39,779 bases of DNA from Deltaproteobacteria bacterium. GTDB taxonomy: Bacteria > Myxococcota_A > UBA9160 > SMWR01. The notes under the pieces are model-generated. The model was given only the letters and a program-made list of their open reading frames with translations. It was not told the origin of the DNA and did no database searches. A program made the position numbers and the translations under genes. The stretch covers positions 1-39,779 of the forward strand of contig JAQBGU010000222.1 in the NCBI GenBank assembly GCA_032128375.1, given 5' to 3'. Below, one piece after another: positions 1 to 10,181 of the stretch (positions are counted from its first letter, which is position 1; every line of letters begins with the position of its first letter).

Positions 1-1
1 C

Positions 2-730
2 TGTCTGCCCCTTCGGCGGACGCCGGAAGGGCAACAGGCGCGTCTTGTCGGGATGCAGGGTCAGTCCAAAGTGCCCAAGCCGCTTGCCGAGACCGTCCAT
101 CACACGCTGTGCATCGTCTTTGTACTCGAAGCCGATTACGAAGTCGTCGGCATAACGAATCAGAGTCGCTTGACCCCGAAGCCCCGGCTTCATTTTCAGT
201 TCGAACCATCGATCGATCACATGATGCAGATAGATATTTCCCAGCAGCGGTGAGAGCACCGACCCCTGGACAGTGCCGGTCTCCGACGTGGAGAGTTCCA
301 CGCCATCCAACACGCCCACATGCAAGCACTTCCCGATGAGCCGCAGAAGCGACCCATCGGCTACCCGAACCTCGAGCATCTCCTTCAGCCTTTTGCGATC
401 CAAACTGTCGAAGAAGGACACAATGTCCGCCTCGAGGATCCAGTTCACCTTGCCCTGGTGCACGATCCGGTCGAGGGTTCGAATGGCGTCATGGGCACTG
501 CGCTTCGGTCGGAACCCGTACGAGCAGTCCATGAAGTCCTGCTCGTAGATCGCTTCCAGCACTTCGCACACGGCATCTTGGACAAGCTTGTCCTCGAACG
601 CCGAGATCCCAATCCGCCGCGTCTTACCCCCTTCCTTCGGGATGTGGACACGTCGGATCGGTTGATGGCGATAACGCTTCGCCTTCATCCGAGCGTGCAG
701 GTTCTGAAGGTTTCCTTCCAGGTCCTGCAG
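2..730 (-). pseudogene. ltrA: Group II intron reverse transcriptase/maturase, N-terminally truncated; runs off the left edge
   Basis: Manual minus-strand translation: LQDLEGNLQNLHARMKAKRYRHQPIRRVHIPKEGGKTRRIGISAFEDKLVQ...YEQDFMDCSYGFRPKRSAHDA...ILEADIVSFFD...GTVQGSVLSPLLGNIYLH...IRYADDFVIGF...LHPDKTRLLPF. YADD is at 154-143. There is an in-frame stop at 772-770 and no start codon ahead of the RT-like sequence. Absent from the ORF track. Confidence 0.93.
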
Positions 731-744
731 GCGAAGCGCAACAA

Positions 745-1152
745 ATGATTCACACCGAGAGCCTGCGGGTCAATTGGATCGATACCGACGCGAGCGGCCG
801 CATCCACTACACCGCAGCGCTGCGATACTTCGAGGTCGCAGAACACGGACTGATGCGTGCGCTCTTCCACGGGGCCGCCAGTCCAGCGGCGCGCAGTTTC
901 GGCTTGCCGCGTGTACACGTGGAAGCTGATAACGCGGCCACTCTCACGTACCCCGACGAGTTCAAATGCAGCGCGCGCGTCGCGGCCGTCGGTCGCACAT
1001 CGGTCAGCTACGGCTTCGAGGCCCGGCGCAGTATCGACGATGTGCTGTGTCTGACCGGGAAGATCGTCGCGGTCGCGATCGGCCCCGAGGGAAGTTCGAT
1101 CCCGCTGCCAGCCGCGTTTCGTGAAGTTCTCGAGGCCGCGAGGCAGCCATGA
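745..1152 (+). CDS. Acyl-CoA thioesterase (4HBT/YbgC-like hotdog fold)
   Basis: 135 aa; N-terminal RVNWIDTDASGRIHY motif and VGRTSV strand typical of hotdog thioesterases. Confidence 0.85.
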   Translation: MIHTESLRVNWIDTDASGRIHYTAALRYFEVAEHGLMRALFHGAASPAARSFGLPRVHVEADNAATLTYPDEFKCSARVAAVGRTSVSYGFEARRSIDDVLCLTGKIVAVAIGPEGSSIPLPAAFREVLEAARQP

Positions 1153-1235
1153 AGCCGCCTTTGCTATTCAATCCCCCTGAATTGCACGCGACAGTCGTCC
1201 ATGACTCTGTCGATCGGATACAGCGCGTCAGGCGG

Positions 1236-1283
1236 CACGCGGAACTGCACGTGGGACTGAACGCGGAACTGAACGCGGGACTG
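1236..1283. repeat. 12-bp tandem repeat x4, (C/A)ACG(C/T)GG(A/G)ACTG
   Basis: CACGCGGAACTG CACGTGGGACTG AACGCGGAACTG AACGCGGGACTG read directly. Confidence 0.9.
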
Positions 1284-1359
1284 ACCTGGCTTGGTCAGGC
1301 AACGACGGGGAAGCTTTCGCCGCAAAAACGGCGAACGCGCGCGTAGCGGGGGTCGGAAA

Positions 1360-3008
1360 TTGTCGGAGTCGGTAGCGAAGAACATCGAAGTCACCGGACA
1401 GTGCGATGCGGTCGTCGTAGGGGCCGGATTCGCCGGGCTCTACATGCTTCACCGTCTCCGCGGACTCGGTTTTTCGGTTCGCGTCTTCGAAGCCGGAAGC
1501 GGCCCGGGCGGGACCTGGTTCTGGAACCGGTACCCGGGTGCGCGCTGTCACATCGAAAGCATGGAGTACTCCTACCAGTTCTCCGAAGAACTCCAACAAG
1601 ACTGGGAATGGACAGAGCGCTACGCGACGCAGCCGGAGATTCTCGCGTACATCCATCACGTCGCCGATCGTTTCGACCTGCGACGCGATATCCAGTTCGA
1701 CACGCGTGTCGACGCGATGCACTTCGACGAGCGGGCGGGTCGCTGTACGGTGACGACGAGCCGGGGCGAGCGCGTGTCAGCGCAATACTGCCTGATGGCG
1801 ACGGGTTGTCTGTCTTCGACCAACACGCCGGATTTCGACGGCATCGATTCGTTCGGTGGGCCGTCCTACCACACCGGTGACTGGCCCCACGATCCCGTCG
1901 ACTTCAGCGGCCAAAAAGTCGGCATCATCGGCACCGGATCTTCAGCAATCCAGTCGATCCCGTTGATAGCCGAGCAGGCCGAACACCTGTACGTGTTTCA
2001 GCGGACGCCGAACTACTCGGTTCCCGCCCACAACGGGCCGCTCGACCCGGACTTCGTCCGGGCGACCAAGGACGACTACGCGGGCTTCCGCGCGCGAAAC
2101 TCCGCGGCGCCCGCGGGTTTCGGATCCGCCTTTCCAGCCAACGAAGGCTCCGTGTTCGAGGCCAGCGAAGCGGAACAGCAGGCTGCGTTCGAAGCGCGCT
2201 GGCAACGGGGCGGCCTACCGTTTCTCGGCGCGTTCGGCGACCTGATGATCAACCCCCAGGCCAACGACGTGGCCGCCGCCTTCGTGCGCAATAAAATTCA
2301 AGAGGCTGTGGACGATCCCGCGGTAGCCGAGACGTTGTCGCCGAAACAGGTCGTGGGTTGCAAGCGCCTGTGTGTCGATACCGGTTATTACCAGACCTTC
2401 AATCGACCGAACGTCACCCTGGTCGACATCAGCGACGGCGCGATCGATCAGATCACGACCGGCGGCCTGGTCGCGAACGGCGCAGCCTACGAACTCGACG
2501 CGATCGTACTCGCAACCGGATTCGACGCGATGACCGGTTCGCTACTCGCGATCGACATTCGGGGTCGCGGCGGCCAGACCCTGGGAAAGAAGTGGTCGGA
2601 GGGCCCGCGCACTTATCTCGGCCTCGCAACGGTCGGCTTCCCGAACCTGTTCACCATCACGGGCCCGGGGAGCCCATCCGTGCTGTCCAACATGCTGCCG
2701 TCCATCGAGCAACACGTCAACTGGATCGCCGATTGCCTCGCGTACCTGCGCGAACACGAAATCGCGCACATCGAGCCGACGCTGGAAGCCGAAGACCAAT
2801 GGGTCGCGGTCGTAAACATGATCGCCGGAGTCACCCTCTACCCACACTGCAACTCGTGGTACCTCGGCGCAAACGTGCCCGGCAAGCCGCGCGTCTTCAT
2901 GCCCTTCCTGGGAGTCCCCCCCCCTACGCCGAACGCTGCCGCGAAGTCGCGAGTAACGGCTACGAAGGCTTCGCATTGACACCGCGCGCGGGTGCGGCCG
3001 ACCACTAG
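1360..3008 (+). pseudogene. Type I Baeyer-Villiger monooxygenase (PAMO/CHMO family) with a frameshift near the C-terminus
   Basis: GAGFAG, GGTWFWNRYPG, FGGPSYHTGDWP fingerprint, GTGSSA, GCKR, ATGFD, SWYLGANVPGKPR. The family-typical tail YAERCREVASNGYEGF is in another frame after the C9 run at 2916-2924. Likely start is TTG 1360 (the track ORF is 1291-2979). Confidence 0.85.
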
Positions 3009-3043
3009 GCTGGCGAACCCTTCAGATTCGCGTCGGGGCGTCG

Positions 3044-3070
3044 GCTGACCCGTCTTGGGTCAGCAGTTTT
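3044..3070 (+). terminator. Putative intrinsic terminator or REP-like hairpin
   Basis: GCTGACCC-GTCTT-GGGTCAGC followed by AGTTTT, just after the BVMO stop. Confidence 0.55.
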
Positions 3071-3189
3071 GCGCGTTGGCCACAACATCACCCGTTGTTT
3101 CTCCACTGCTCTCGAGTGCTCCGCTCACCCCGCCTGAGAACCGTCTCTCTCTCTCTCAAGTTCGCTGATCAGATCCCAATTCCAGCCGA

Positions 3190-3533
3190 GCGAAGATAGG
3201 AGTTTCAAGCCCGGTGTACATCGGGAATCACTGGCACGCCGGGAGAGATTCGACGACTCGCTTCGCTCGCTTGTCGAACCCGCGTCTGCACAGTCTAGTG
3301 ACGGATGTTTTCTTGGCATGGATCCGGAAGTACAGACCTACGCGCCGTCGTCGCCACCGCATCACCGAACTGGCCTGACATCCAACGCGGAGCCGCTTCG
3401 TGAAGCGATGCGCCTTCGTCCAACAACGCCAACGCACGTCGTCGCCGCGCAACCAAGACTTCTGCCGAACCCTTGGGCCTCATGGTCCTCCCCCCAAGGG
3501 TCAATTGTTGCACTATTTGTGCAGATATTAATA
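3190..3533 (-). mobile_element. IS630-family transposase remnant, internally deleted and frameshifted
   Basis: GGGAGG RBS then ATG 3483: MRPKGSAEVLVARRRRALALLDEG (HTH start). A shifted frame gives GCQASSVMRWRRRR joined directly to VGLYFRIHAK, which resembles a DDE-domain segment. An AT-rich end with TA lies near 3533. Confidence 0.7.
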
Positions 3534-3586
3534 GAGCCCGCGGTCGTACGATTTCAACCTTTTGGTCGTGCCACAAGGCATGTTGT

Positions 3587-3602
3587 TGGCACTGCGCTTG
3601 CT
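3587..3602 (+). promoter_or_regulatory. Sigma-54 (-24/-12) promoter
   Basis: TGGCAC-TGCGC-TTGCT matches TGGCAC-N5-TTGCW exactly, about 280 bp upstream of the sulfatase ATG. Confidence 0.6.
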
Positions 3603-3883
3603 CAGTGCTTGCTCAGTGCCTGCGCCGTAGGACAGGGCCACGCTACGCGGCGGCGAACGCCGGGACATGCGCGCCTCAGCCCTGGACTCCACGCGGCAGC
3701 CAGAACGCGGTTTCGAGAAGGGGCAGACGCAGGTGCAGAGCCCTGGTGCGCTCCGCGCGACGGCTCTTCGCGATCGAGGTGGGCAGTTCGGTGAGGATTG
3801 AAGCAGTCCGAGCCGCGCCAGAGACGGTACGCTCCACGGGCGACCGACAGTCCGCCCCTAACAAGATCTCGAGCACTCCAGAA

Positions 3884-5308
3884 ATGAAGCGACTCTCCTA
3901 CTCCCTACTCCCCTGCACCTGTTGCCTGCTTCTTGTGTTGGGTTTCCACCCTCTCGGCTGCTCTTCTGGTTCGAACGACGCCACGCCCAATGTGATCTTG
4001 ATCATCGGCGATGATCATGGCTACAGGGACTTTGGCTTTCTGGGATCGAAGCACGCGAAGACTCCGCACCTGGATGAGTTGGCGAATTCCGGCACGACCT
4101 TCACCCATGGATTCGTGACCGGCAGCACCTGCCGTCCGTCACTTCTTTCTCTACAGACTGGCCTACATCCGTACCAGTGGAACCTCCGGCTTGAAGCGCT
4201 CGAGTCGCAGGGGATCGATGTTGATTCTGTCAGTCCGATCGACCACTTCAATACGTTGCCAGCGCAGCTCGAAAGAGCGTCGTTTCTGACCTTTCAAGTG
4301 GGCAAATACTGGGAAGGACACTACCGCCACGGTGGCTTCACTCACGGTACCCAGGAGTTCGAGCTGACGAAGGACACGACCGACAAGATGCAGCGTGCGG
4401 GTGGCAACGGATTGAGCCTCGGCAGAGAATCGATCGACATCGCTACGGATTTTCTCGACGAACATCAGACAGCGCCGTTCTTCATGTGGTTTGCGCCGAT
4501 GCTCCCCCACATTCCGCACAACGCACCTGAGGCGTATGTGGACCTCTACGAAGGGAGGGGGTACCGGCCAAGCGATGTCCAGTACCTGGCGAACGTCACG
4601 CGCTTCGATGCAGCAGTAGGCAAACTGTTGCGTTACCTCGACGAGTCCGGGTTGAGAGAAAAGACACTGCTCATCTATCTATCCGACAACGGCTGGGAAC
4701 AGAACTACTCTCGGGAAACGGCCAGACTCGGTGGCTTGCATGGCAAAGCAACGGCTCATGAGCCTGGGTTTCGTACCCCCATCGTTTTCAACTGGCCAGG
4801 ACATGTGCCCGCTGGAAGAACCAATAACGAACTCGTGTCCTCGGTAGACCTCGTACCGACGATCTTGGATTATGCAAAGGTGCAGCAAATTCCGAACCTT
4901 CCCGGCGAGAGCCTTTACCCACTGCTGTCGGGCACGGGAGAGTTCGAGCGAGAGGCCGTCGTCGGGAGCGTCGACCTCATCAAGAAGGAACCCCCGAAAG
5001 TAAAGGGGCTCCTCAACCGAATATTTCGCGATCCTCAATTCTTGGAAACACGGGATATTTATTTCATCCGCACGAGGGTGTGGCGGTACATCTGGTACAA
5101 GGACAGGGATGAACATTCCTTGTACCGGATCGAAGACGACCCGGAAGAAACCACGGACCTTGCTTCCCAAAACCCTGACGTCGTGGTTCAGCTGAGAAGA
5201 GAAATCCAGCAGTGGCAAGCTTCCATGAAGGAAATGGTCGAAGCGACGAAATCACCACCGGCCAACCTCAACCCGCCGAGAGCTGCCGAAAACACTTCCA
5301 AGCGTTAG
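3884..5308 (+). CDS. Secreted/lipoprotein sulfatase-like hydrolase (formylglycine sulfatase family)
   Basis: PNVILIIGDDHG, TPHLD, STCRPSLLSLQTG, VGKYW, PHIPH, YLSDNG, GKAT, LYRIEDDPEE. Hydrophobic N-terminus with a possible LGC lipobox. Start placed at ATG 3884 rather than 3473. Confidence 0.88.
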   Translation: MKRLSYSLLPCTCCLLLVLGFHPLGCSSGSNDATPNVILIIGDDHGYRDFGFLGSKHAKTPHLDELANSGTTFTHGFVTGSTCRPSLLSLQTGLHPYQWNLRLEALESQGIDVDSVSPIDHFNTLPAQLERASFLTFQVGKYWEGHYRHGGFTHGTQEFELTKDTTDKMQRAGGNGLSLGRESIDIATDFLDEHQTAPFFMWFAPMLPHIPHNAPEAYVDLYEGRGYRPSDVQYLANVTRFDAAVGKLLRYLDESGLREKTLLIYLSDNGWEQNYSRETARLGGLHGKATAHEPGFRTPIVFNWPGHVPAGRTNNELVSSVDLVPTILDYAKVQQIPNLPGESLYPLLSGTGEFEREAVVGSVDLIKKEPPKVKGLLNRIFRDPQFLETRDIYFIRTRVWRYIWYKDRDEHSLYRIEDDPEETTDLASQNPDVVVQLRREIQQWQASMKEMVEATKSPPANLNPPRAAENTSKR

Positions 5309-5420
5309 TCCAGGTAGCCGAGGGCGCGTAGCCGATCGTCGAGTTCCCTGTCGAGTTCGGGGGCCGGTTGGGACTGGGCGGCAGTCGCCCCGTACCTTCC
5401 TCGCGCACTCTCCTGCATCG
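5305..5420 (-). pseudogene. C-terminal stub of a second sulfatase-like gene
   Basis: ...PAPELDRELDDRLRALGYLD*. The LRALGY tail is typical of sulfatase/alkaline-phosphatase superfamily C-termini; the upstream part is replaced by integrase sequence. Confidence 0.65.
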
Positions 5421-5425
5421 AAAAA

Positions 5426-6246
5426 GTGGTGAAGCGTTGGTGCGACGAACTCCACCATCGGGTTGAGGCGAAGGAAATCGCGCCGCGCACGCTCAAGCGG
5501 ATTGAGAGCTACGCGAAACCAAACGGTCACTTCGTGCGGCTGTACGAGTTCAGCGTGTTCGAGATCACGCCCGGCCACCTGTCGGACTGGAATTTGTGGC
5601 TGATGAAGCGGGAACCACGCCAGAACACGCGGAAACACGTCGTCGAGACGATGCGAACTCTTTTCCGTTGGCTACACGAGCGAGGCGAGTTAGAGGCGGC
5701 CCGCCACTTCCCGACGGTGGGCAAACGCAAGCACTTTTCTGACGTAATCGCGCCCGATGAGCAGGAGCGCGTACTCGCTGCCATTCCCGAGGTCGAGCGC
5801 GGCATCTTCGTGATGGCCGCCGAGGAGGTGTTCCGCCTTGGCGAGCTGCGCGCACTGAACATCTCTGACTACGACTTCAAGAAACGCACCGTGACCGTCC
5901 GGTACGCGATGGACGGAGACACTTCTAACGCGGCCCAGCGGAAGACAACCAAGGAGGAAGACATCCGAGTGCGGCGCGTCACCGATAGCCGCTACAACGC
6001 GCAAGCCCTGCGTCTCGGCTGGAAGCGCGCCGCGAACGCCGTGGGCCTGGGTCACGTCGGTATGTACGAAGGCACGAAACATTCGACGTTGACGGAGGCT
6101 CGGCGACGCGGCCTACCTCTCGATCAGCTACAAAGGCAGCCGGACACAAAGACCCTCGGAGTATGGAACGCTACGCGGAGATGCGCGACCAATTGGCGAC
6201 AAATGTGCTCAGATTGGCTCGCGAGCCGCGGGCGAAGGACGAATAA
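5426..6246 (+). pseudogene. Tyrosine recombinase/phage integrase, truncated and frameshifted
   Basis: FRLGELRAL (Arg I) and YEGTKHS box. After a 1-bp slip at about 6135 the frame continues AAGHKDPRSMERYA (His and catalytic Tyr) to TAA 6244-6246. N-terminus missing. Confidence 0.82.
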
Positions 6247-6335
6247 TTACAACACCGCTACGTGTCGAATAGGCACGATATTTTGACCACTTTTGGAAAC
6301 ACACCAAAATCGCCCCTCTAACTGAAAGGAGTTTT

Positions 6336-6410
6336 TGGTCGGGGTGGTGGGATTTGAACCCACGACGCTGGCCCCCCAAAGACCAGGCTCTACCACTGAG
6401 CTACACCCCG
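6336..6410 (-). tRNA. tRNA-Pro(TGG)
   Basis: CGGGGTG TA GCTC AGTGGTA GAGC C TGGTC TT-TGG-GG GGCCA GCGTC GTGGG TTCAAAT CCCAC CACCCCG ACCA folds as a full cloverleaf with encoded CCA. Confidence 0.95.
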
Positions 6411-6460
6411 ACGAACGGTGCGAGAATACAACTTTTTCGGCGTCCCGCTGACTGCCGTGC

Positions 6461-7126
6461 TCACGCTAGCAGGATTGTGTGCATCACCTTCTTGTCGAGC
6501 CAGCTCAATAGTTCGCGCAGGGCTTCCTGGTTGATCTCATGGCCCATGCCGAACTCGCGGTAGGTGGTCGGTATGTTCAGCTTCGTCAGTGCGTCGCGAG
6601 ATTGGCGCGCCATATCGACTGGGATCATCGGGTCGTCGGTACCGTGAATCACCAATGTGGGCAGGTTCTCCAGCTCCGGGCTGCGAGGGATCGACTCCGC
6701 GAGGCCGCTGGGAAACCAAGACGACAGCGCGACCAAACCGGCGTAGCGACCCGGATTTCGCAGCGCGAGGTCATAGGCCATCACACCTCCCTGACTGAAG
6801 CCGAGTAGGACTATCTTGCGTGGGTCTGCGGGGTACTTCTGCAGTGCCTCATCGAGAAACTCGTCGATCGCGTGGATGGCGGCCCCAAACTCGGACGGAT
6901 CTGGGGGCCGACCTGACGCAAGCGGGAACCAACCATGGCCGACCGCTCCGGGGCCCGCCTGGAACGCGACGGGGCCCTCCGGACACAGCATCAGCGAGCG
7001 TCCACCATCGAGAATCCGTGCCAGGCCCATCAGGTCGTGGGCATTCGCTCCCCAGCCGTGGAGTGCGATGATCGTCGGAAACAGGCCGTCGCCAGCCGGG
7101 ACGTGCGCGGTGTGCATCAGCTTCAT
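6461..7126 (-). CDS. Phospholipase/carboxylesterase (alpha/beta hydrolase)
   Basis: LHGWG, GFSQGG nucleophile, HGTDD, MGHEI. Start may be 7126 or 7174. Confidence 0.9.
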   Translation of the reverse strand: MKLMHTAHVPAGDGLFPTIIALHGWGANAHDLMGLARILDGGRSLMLCPEGPVAFQAGPGAVGHGWFPLASGRPPDPSEFGAAIHAIDEFLDEALQKYPADPRKIVLLGFSQGGVMAYDLALRNPGRYAGLVALSSWFPSGLAESIPRSPELENLPTLVIHGTDDPMIPVDMARQSRDALTKLNIPTTYREFGMGHEINQEALRELLSWLDKKVMHTILLA

Positions 7127-7250
7127 GCGTGTGAACATACGCCATGGGGCCATTTCCCGGCTCGTGCTATCCATTCAGGTCGCATTCGAGTCGCATTTGG
7201 TCCGCATTTGCGGCCCTATTCGCGACCTCCCGAACAGAACGGCATACGCA

Positions 7251-8648
7251 ATGACGAACCTCCTCAACAAGGTCTGGGATACGCATCGTGTACGCGAGCT
7301 ACCCGGCGGGCAGACCCAGCTGTTCATCGGCCTTCACCTGATCCACGAGGTCACCAGCCCGCAGGCCTTCGCCATGCTGAAGGAGATGAACCTGCCGGTT
7401 CGCTTTCCCCAGCACACGGTGGCCACCATCGATCACATCATTCCCACGCTCTCCCAGCAGCGGCCGCTGGCCGATTCGCTCGCCGAAGAAATGATGGTCG
7501 CCATCGAAAACAGCTGCAGCGAACACGGCATCCGATTGTTCGATACGAAAAGCGGTCAGCAAGGTGTCGTTCATGTGATCGGTCCCGAGCTCGGCCTCAC
7601 CCAGCCCGGCATGACGATCGCGTGCGGCGACAGCCACACGTCGACTCACGGCGCATTCGGCGCGATTGCGTTTGGGATCGGCACCAGCCAGGTCCGCGAC
7701 GTGCTGGCGACCCAGTGCCTGACGATGGCCCAGCCCAAGGTTCGGCGCATCGAAGTGACCGGCAAGCTCTCGCCCGGCGTGTATGCCAAGGATGTGATCC
7801 TCGCGATCATCCGCAAACTCGGCGTAAACGGTGGGGTCGGTTACGCGTACGAATACGCCGGCGCCGTTCTCGACGCAATGAGCATGGAAGAGCGCCTGAC
7901 GGTCTGCAATATGTCGATCGAAGGCGGCGCGCGCTGCGGCTACGTGAACCCCGATGACACCACGATCGACTACTTGCGCGGCCGAGAATTTTCGCCGAAA
8001 GGCCGAGGCTTCGATACCGCTGCGCGATGGTGGCGTTCGCTTGCGAGCGACCCCGACGCGTCCTACGACGACCGGGTCGAACTCGACGGCAACAAGCTCG
8101 CTCCAGCGGTGACCTGGGGCATCAACCCGGGCCAGAACATTTCGGTCGATGAGCGTCTGCCGCGCATCGACCAGGCGCTGCCGAAAGACCGCCCGTCCCT
8201 CGAAGAGGCCTACTCCTACATGTCGCTCAAGCCCGGGGAGCCGATCTGCGGTACGCCGATCCACGTCGCGTTCATCGGTTCGTGTACCAACGGGCGCATC
8301 TCCGATCTGCGGGAGGCGGCGCGTGTCGCGCGTACGGGGAAAGTTGCACCGGGCGTCAAGGCGTTGGTCGTGCCGGGCTCACAGGCCGTTGCACGGCAGG
8401 CCGAGCAGGAGGGCTTGCACGAAGTGTTCAGGGCGGCCGGCTTCGAGTGGCGGCTCGCCGGCTGTTCGATGTGCCTGGCGATGAACCCGGACAAGCTGAT
8501 CGATCGCGAAGTCTGCGCGTCTTCTAGCAACCGCAATTTCAAGGGACGACAGGGCTCACCGGTGGGTCGGACCCTGCTGATGTCGCCGGCAATGGTCGCG
8601 GCCGCGGCGATTCGCGGCCAGGTCACAGACGTTAGAGAAATCCTGTGA
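7251..8648 (+). CDS. leuC: 3-isopropylmalate dehydratase large subunit
   Basis: [52 protein letters not shown] at 7251. Confidence 0.96.
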   Translation: MTNLLNKVWDTHRVRELPGGQTQLFIGLHLIHEVTSPQAFAMLKEMNLPVRFPQHTVATIDHIIPTLSQQRPLADSLAEEMMVAIENSCSEHGIRLFDTKSGQQGVVHVIGPELGLTQPGMTIACGDSHTSTHGAFGAIAFGIGTSQVRDVLATQCLTMAQPKVRRIEVTGKLSPGVYAKDVILAIIRKLGVNGGVGYAYEYAGAVLDAMSMEERLTVCNMSIEGGARCGYVNPDDTTIDYLRGREFSPKGRGFDTAARWWRSLASDPDASYDDRVELDGNKLAPAVTWGINPGQNISVDERLPRIDQALPKDRPSLEEAYSYMSLKPGEPICGTPIHVAFIGSCTNGRISDLREAARVARTGKVAPGVKALVVPGSQAVARQAEQEGLHEVFRAAGFEWRLAGCSMCLAMNPDKLIDREVCASSSNRNFKGRQGSPVGRTLLMSPAMVAAAAIRGQVTDVREIL

Positions 8649-8699
8649 CGCGTGCTGGCCGCCCGCCGACCGTTGCTGATTCGATAGGAGTGATTTGAC

Positions 8700-9296
<597 letters not shown>

Positions 9297-9402
9297 CGCC
9301 CGCCAGGAACCAGCCGCCAGAATTGCCGCAGCGCAAGTACCGGGCAGTCGCGATATTCCGGAAATCTCGAGCGGCAGGTCGGCCGTTTCAAGATCGGGTG
9401 CT

Positions 9403-10176
9403 TCATTTCTTCGAGAAGCTGGGATCTCGCTTTTCGAGGAACGCGTCCATTCCCTCATTGCGCTCGGCACTCCCCGAAATCAAGCCGAAGGCCACCTGTT
9501 CGATCGCGTTGGCCACGCGCACGTCGGCGTCTTGACTCTGCTGCATGACGCGCTTCGCGGTTGCGACCGCGATGGGCCCCTTGGATGCGATCGCCTCACC
9601 CGCAGCGATGGCAGCGGCGACCAACTCTTCAGGTTCGAATAGACGATTTGCCAGCCCGATGCGCTGCGCGGTGTCGGCATTGATCGCCTCGCCGCCCAGG
9701 ACCAGCTCCTTCGCCCACGCCGGACCGACTCGACGCAGCAACCGCGAAGTCCCACCAAAGCCCGGAATCAGGCCCAAGCCGACCTCCGGTTGACCGAAGC
9801 GGGCCTTGGTCGACGCGTAGATCCAGTCGCATGCACATGCGAGTTCGCAACCGCCGCCGAGTGCAAAACCATTGACGGCGGCAATCGTGGGTACCGTGAG
9901 ATCTTCCAGTGATGACATTGCACGGTGGCCGAGTTGGCTGAACGCGTCCGCATCGAGTGGCGAGAGTTTTCGCATCTCTGCAATGTCCGCACCCGCGGCG
10001 AACGCTCTCCCCTCACCGGTAAGAACCACGGCTCGGACCGACGCGTCGGCCTTCAGCTTTCCACAGTGCGCAATCAACTCTTCGAGCGTCGCGGTGTCCA
10101 GCGCATTGAGTGCCTTGGGCCGATCGAGGGTCAACAGCGCGACAGCACCCCGACGTTCGTTGCGTATTCGATCCAT
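9403..10176 (-). CDS. Enoyl-CoA hydratase/isomerase (crotonase)
   Basis: AFAAGADI, ALGGGCELA, FGQPEVGLGLIPGFGG. GGAG RBS before ATG 10176. Confidence 0.92.
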   Translation of the reverse strand: MDRIRNERRGAVALLTLDRPKALNALDTATLEELIAHCGKLKADASVRAVVLTGEGRAFAAGADIAEMRKLSPLDADAFSQLGHRAMSSLEDLTVPTIAAVNGFALGGGCELACACDWIYASTKARFGQPEVGLGLIPGFGGTSRLLRRVGPAWAKELVLGGEAINADTAQRIGLANRLFEPEELVAAAIAAGEAIASKGPIAVATAKRVMQQSQDADVRVANAIEQVAFGLISGSAERNEGMDAFLEKRDPSFSKK

Positions 10177-10181
10177 TCGCG

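Noticed and set aside
2..730. RT as a retron, DGR or defence-associated RT
   Set aside because: Motifs (YGFRPxRSAHDA, QGSVLSPLLGNIYL, YADD, HPDKT) are group-II-intron type; no ncRNA, template/variable repeat pair or effector is visible.
53..748. Plus-strand ORFs 53-253, 273-548 and 320-748
   Set aside because: Antisense shadows of the RT.
1149..1346. 65-aa ORF coupled by ATGA to the thioesterase
   Set aside because: Could be a stub of a lost gene, but much of it is translated tandem repeat and no family is recognisable.
3031..3050. GTCGGGG as the second att site of the tRNA island
   Set aside because: A 7-bp match is expected by chance at this GC content.
3143..3157. (TC)n tract, and the (GA)n tract at about 29585-29598
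   Set aside because: Short intergenic microsatellites with no evident link to a promoter or reading frame.
6336..6410. tRNA as a suppressor or frameshift tRNA because of the G6 run
   Set aside because: It folds with a normal 7-nt anticodon loop and Pro identity elements C1-G72 and A73.
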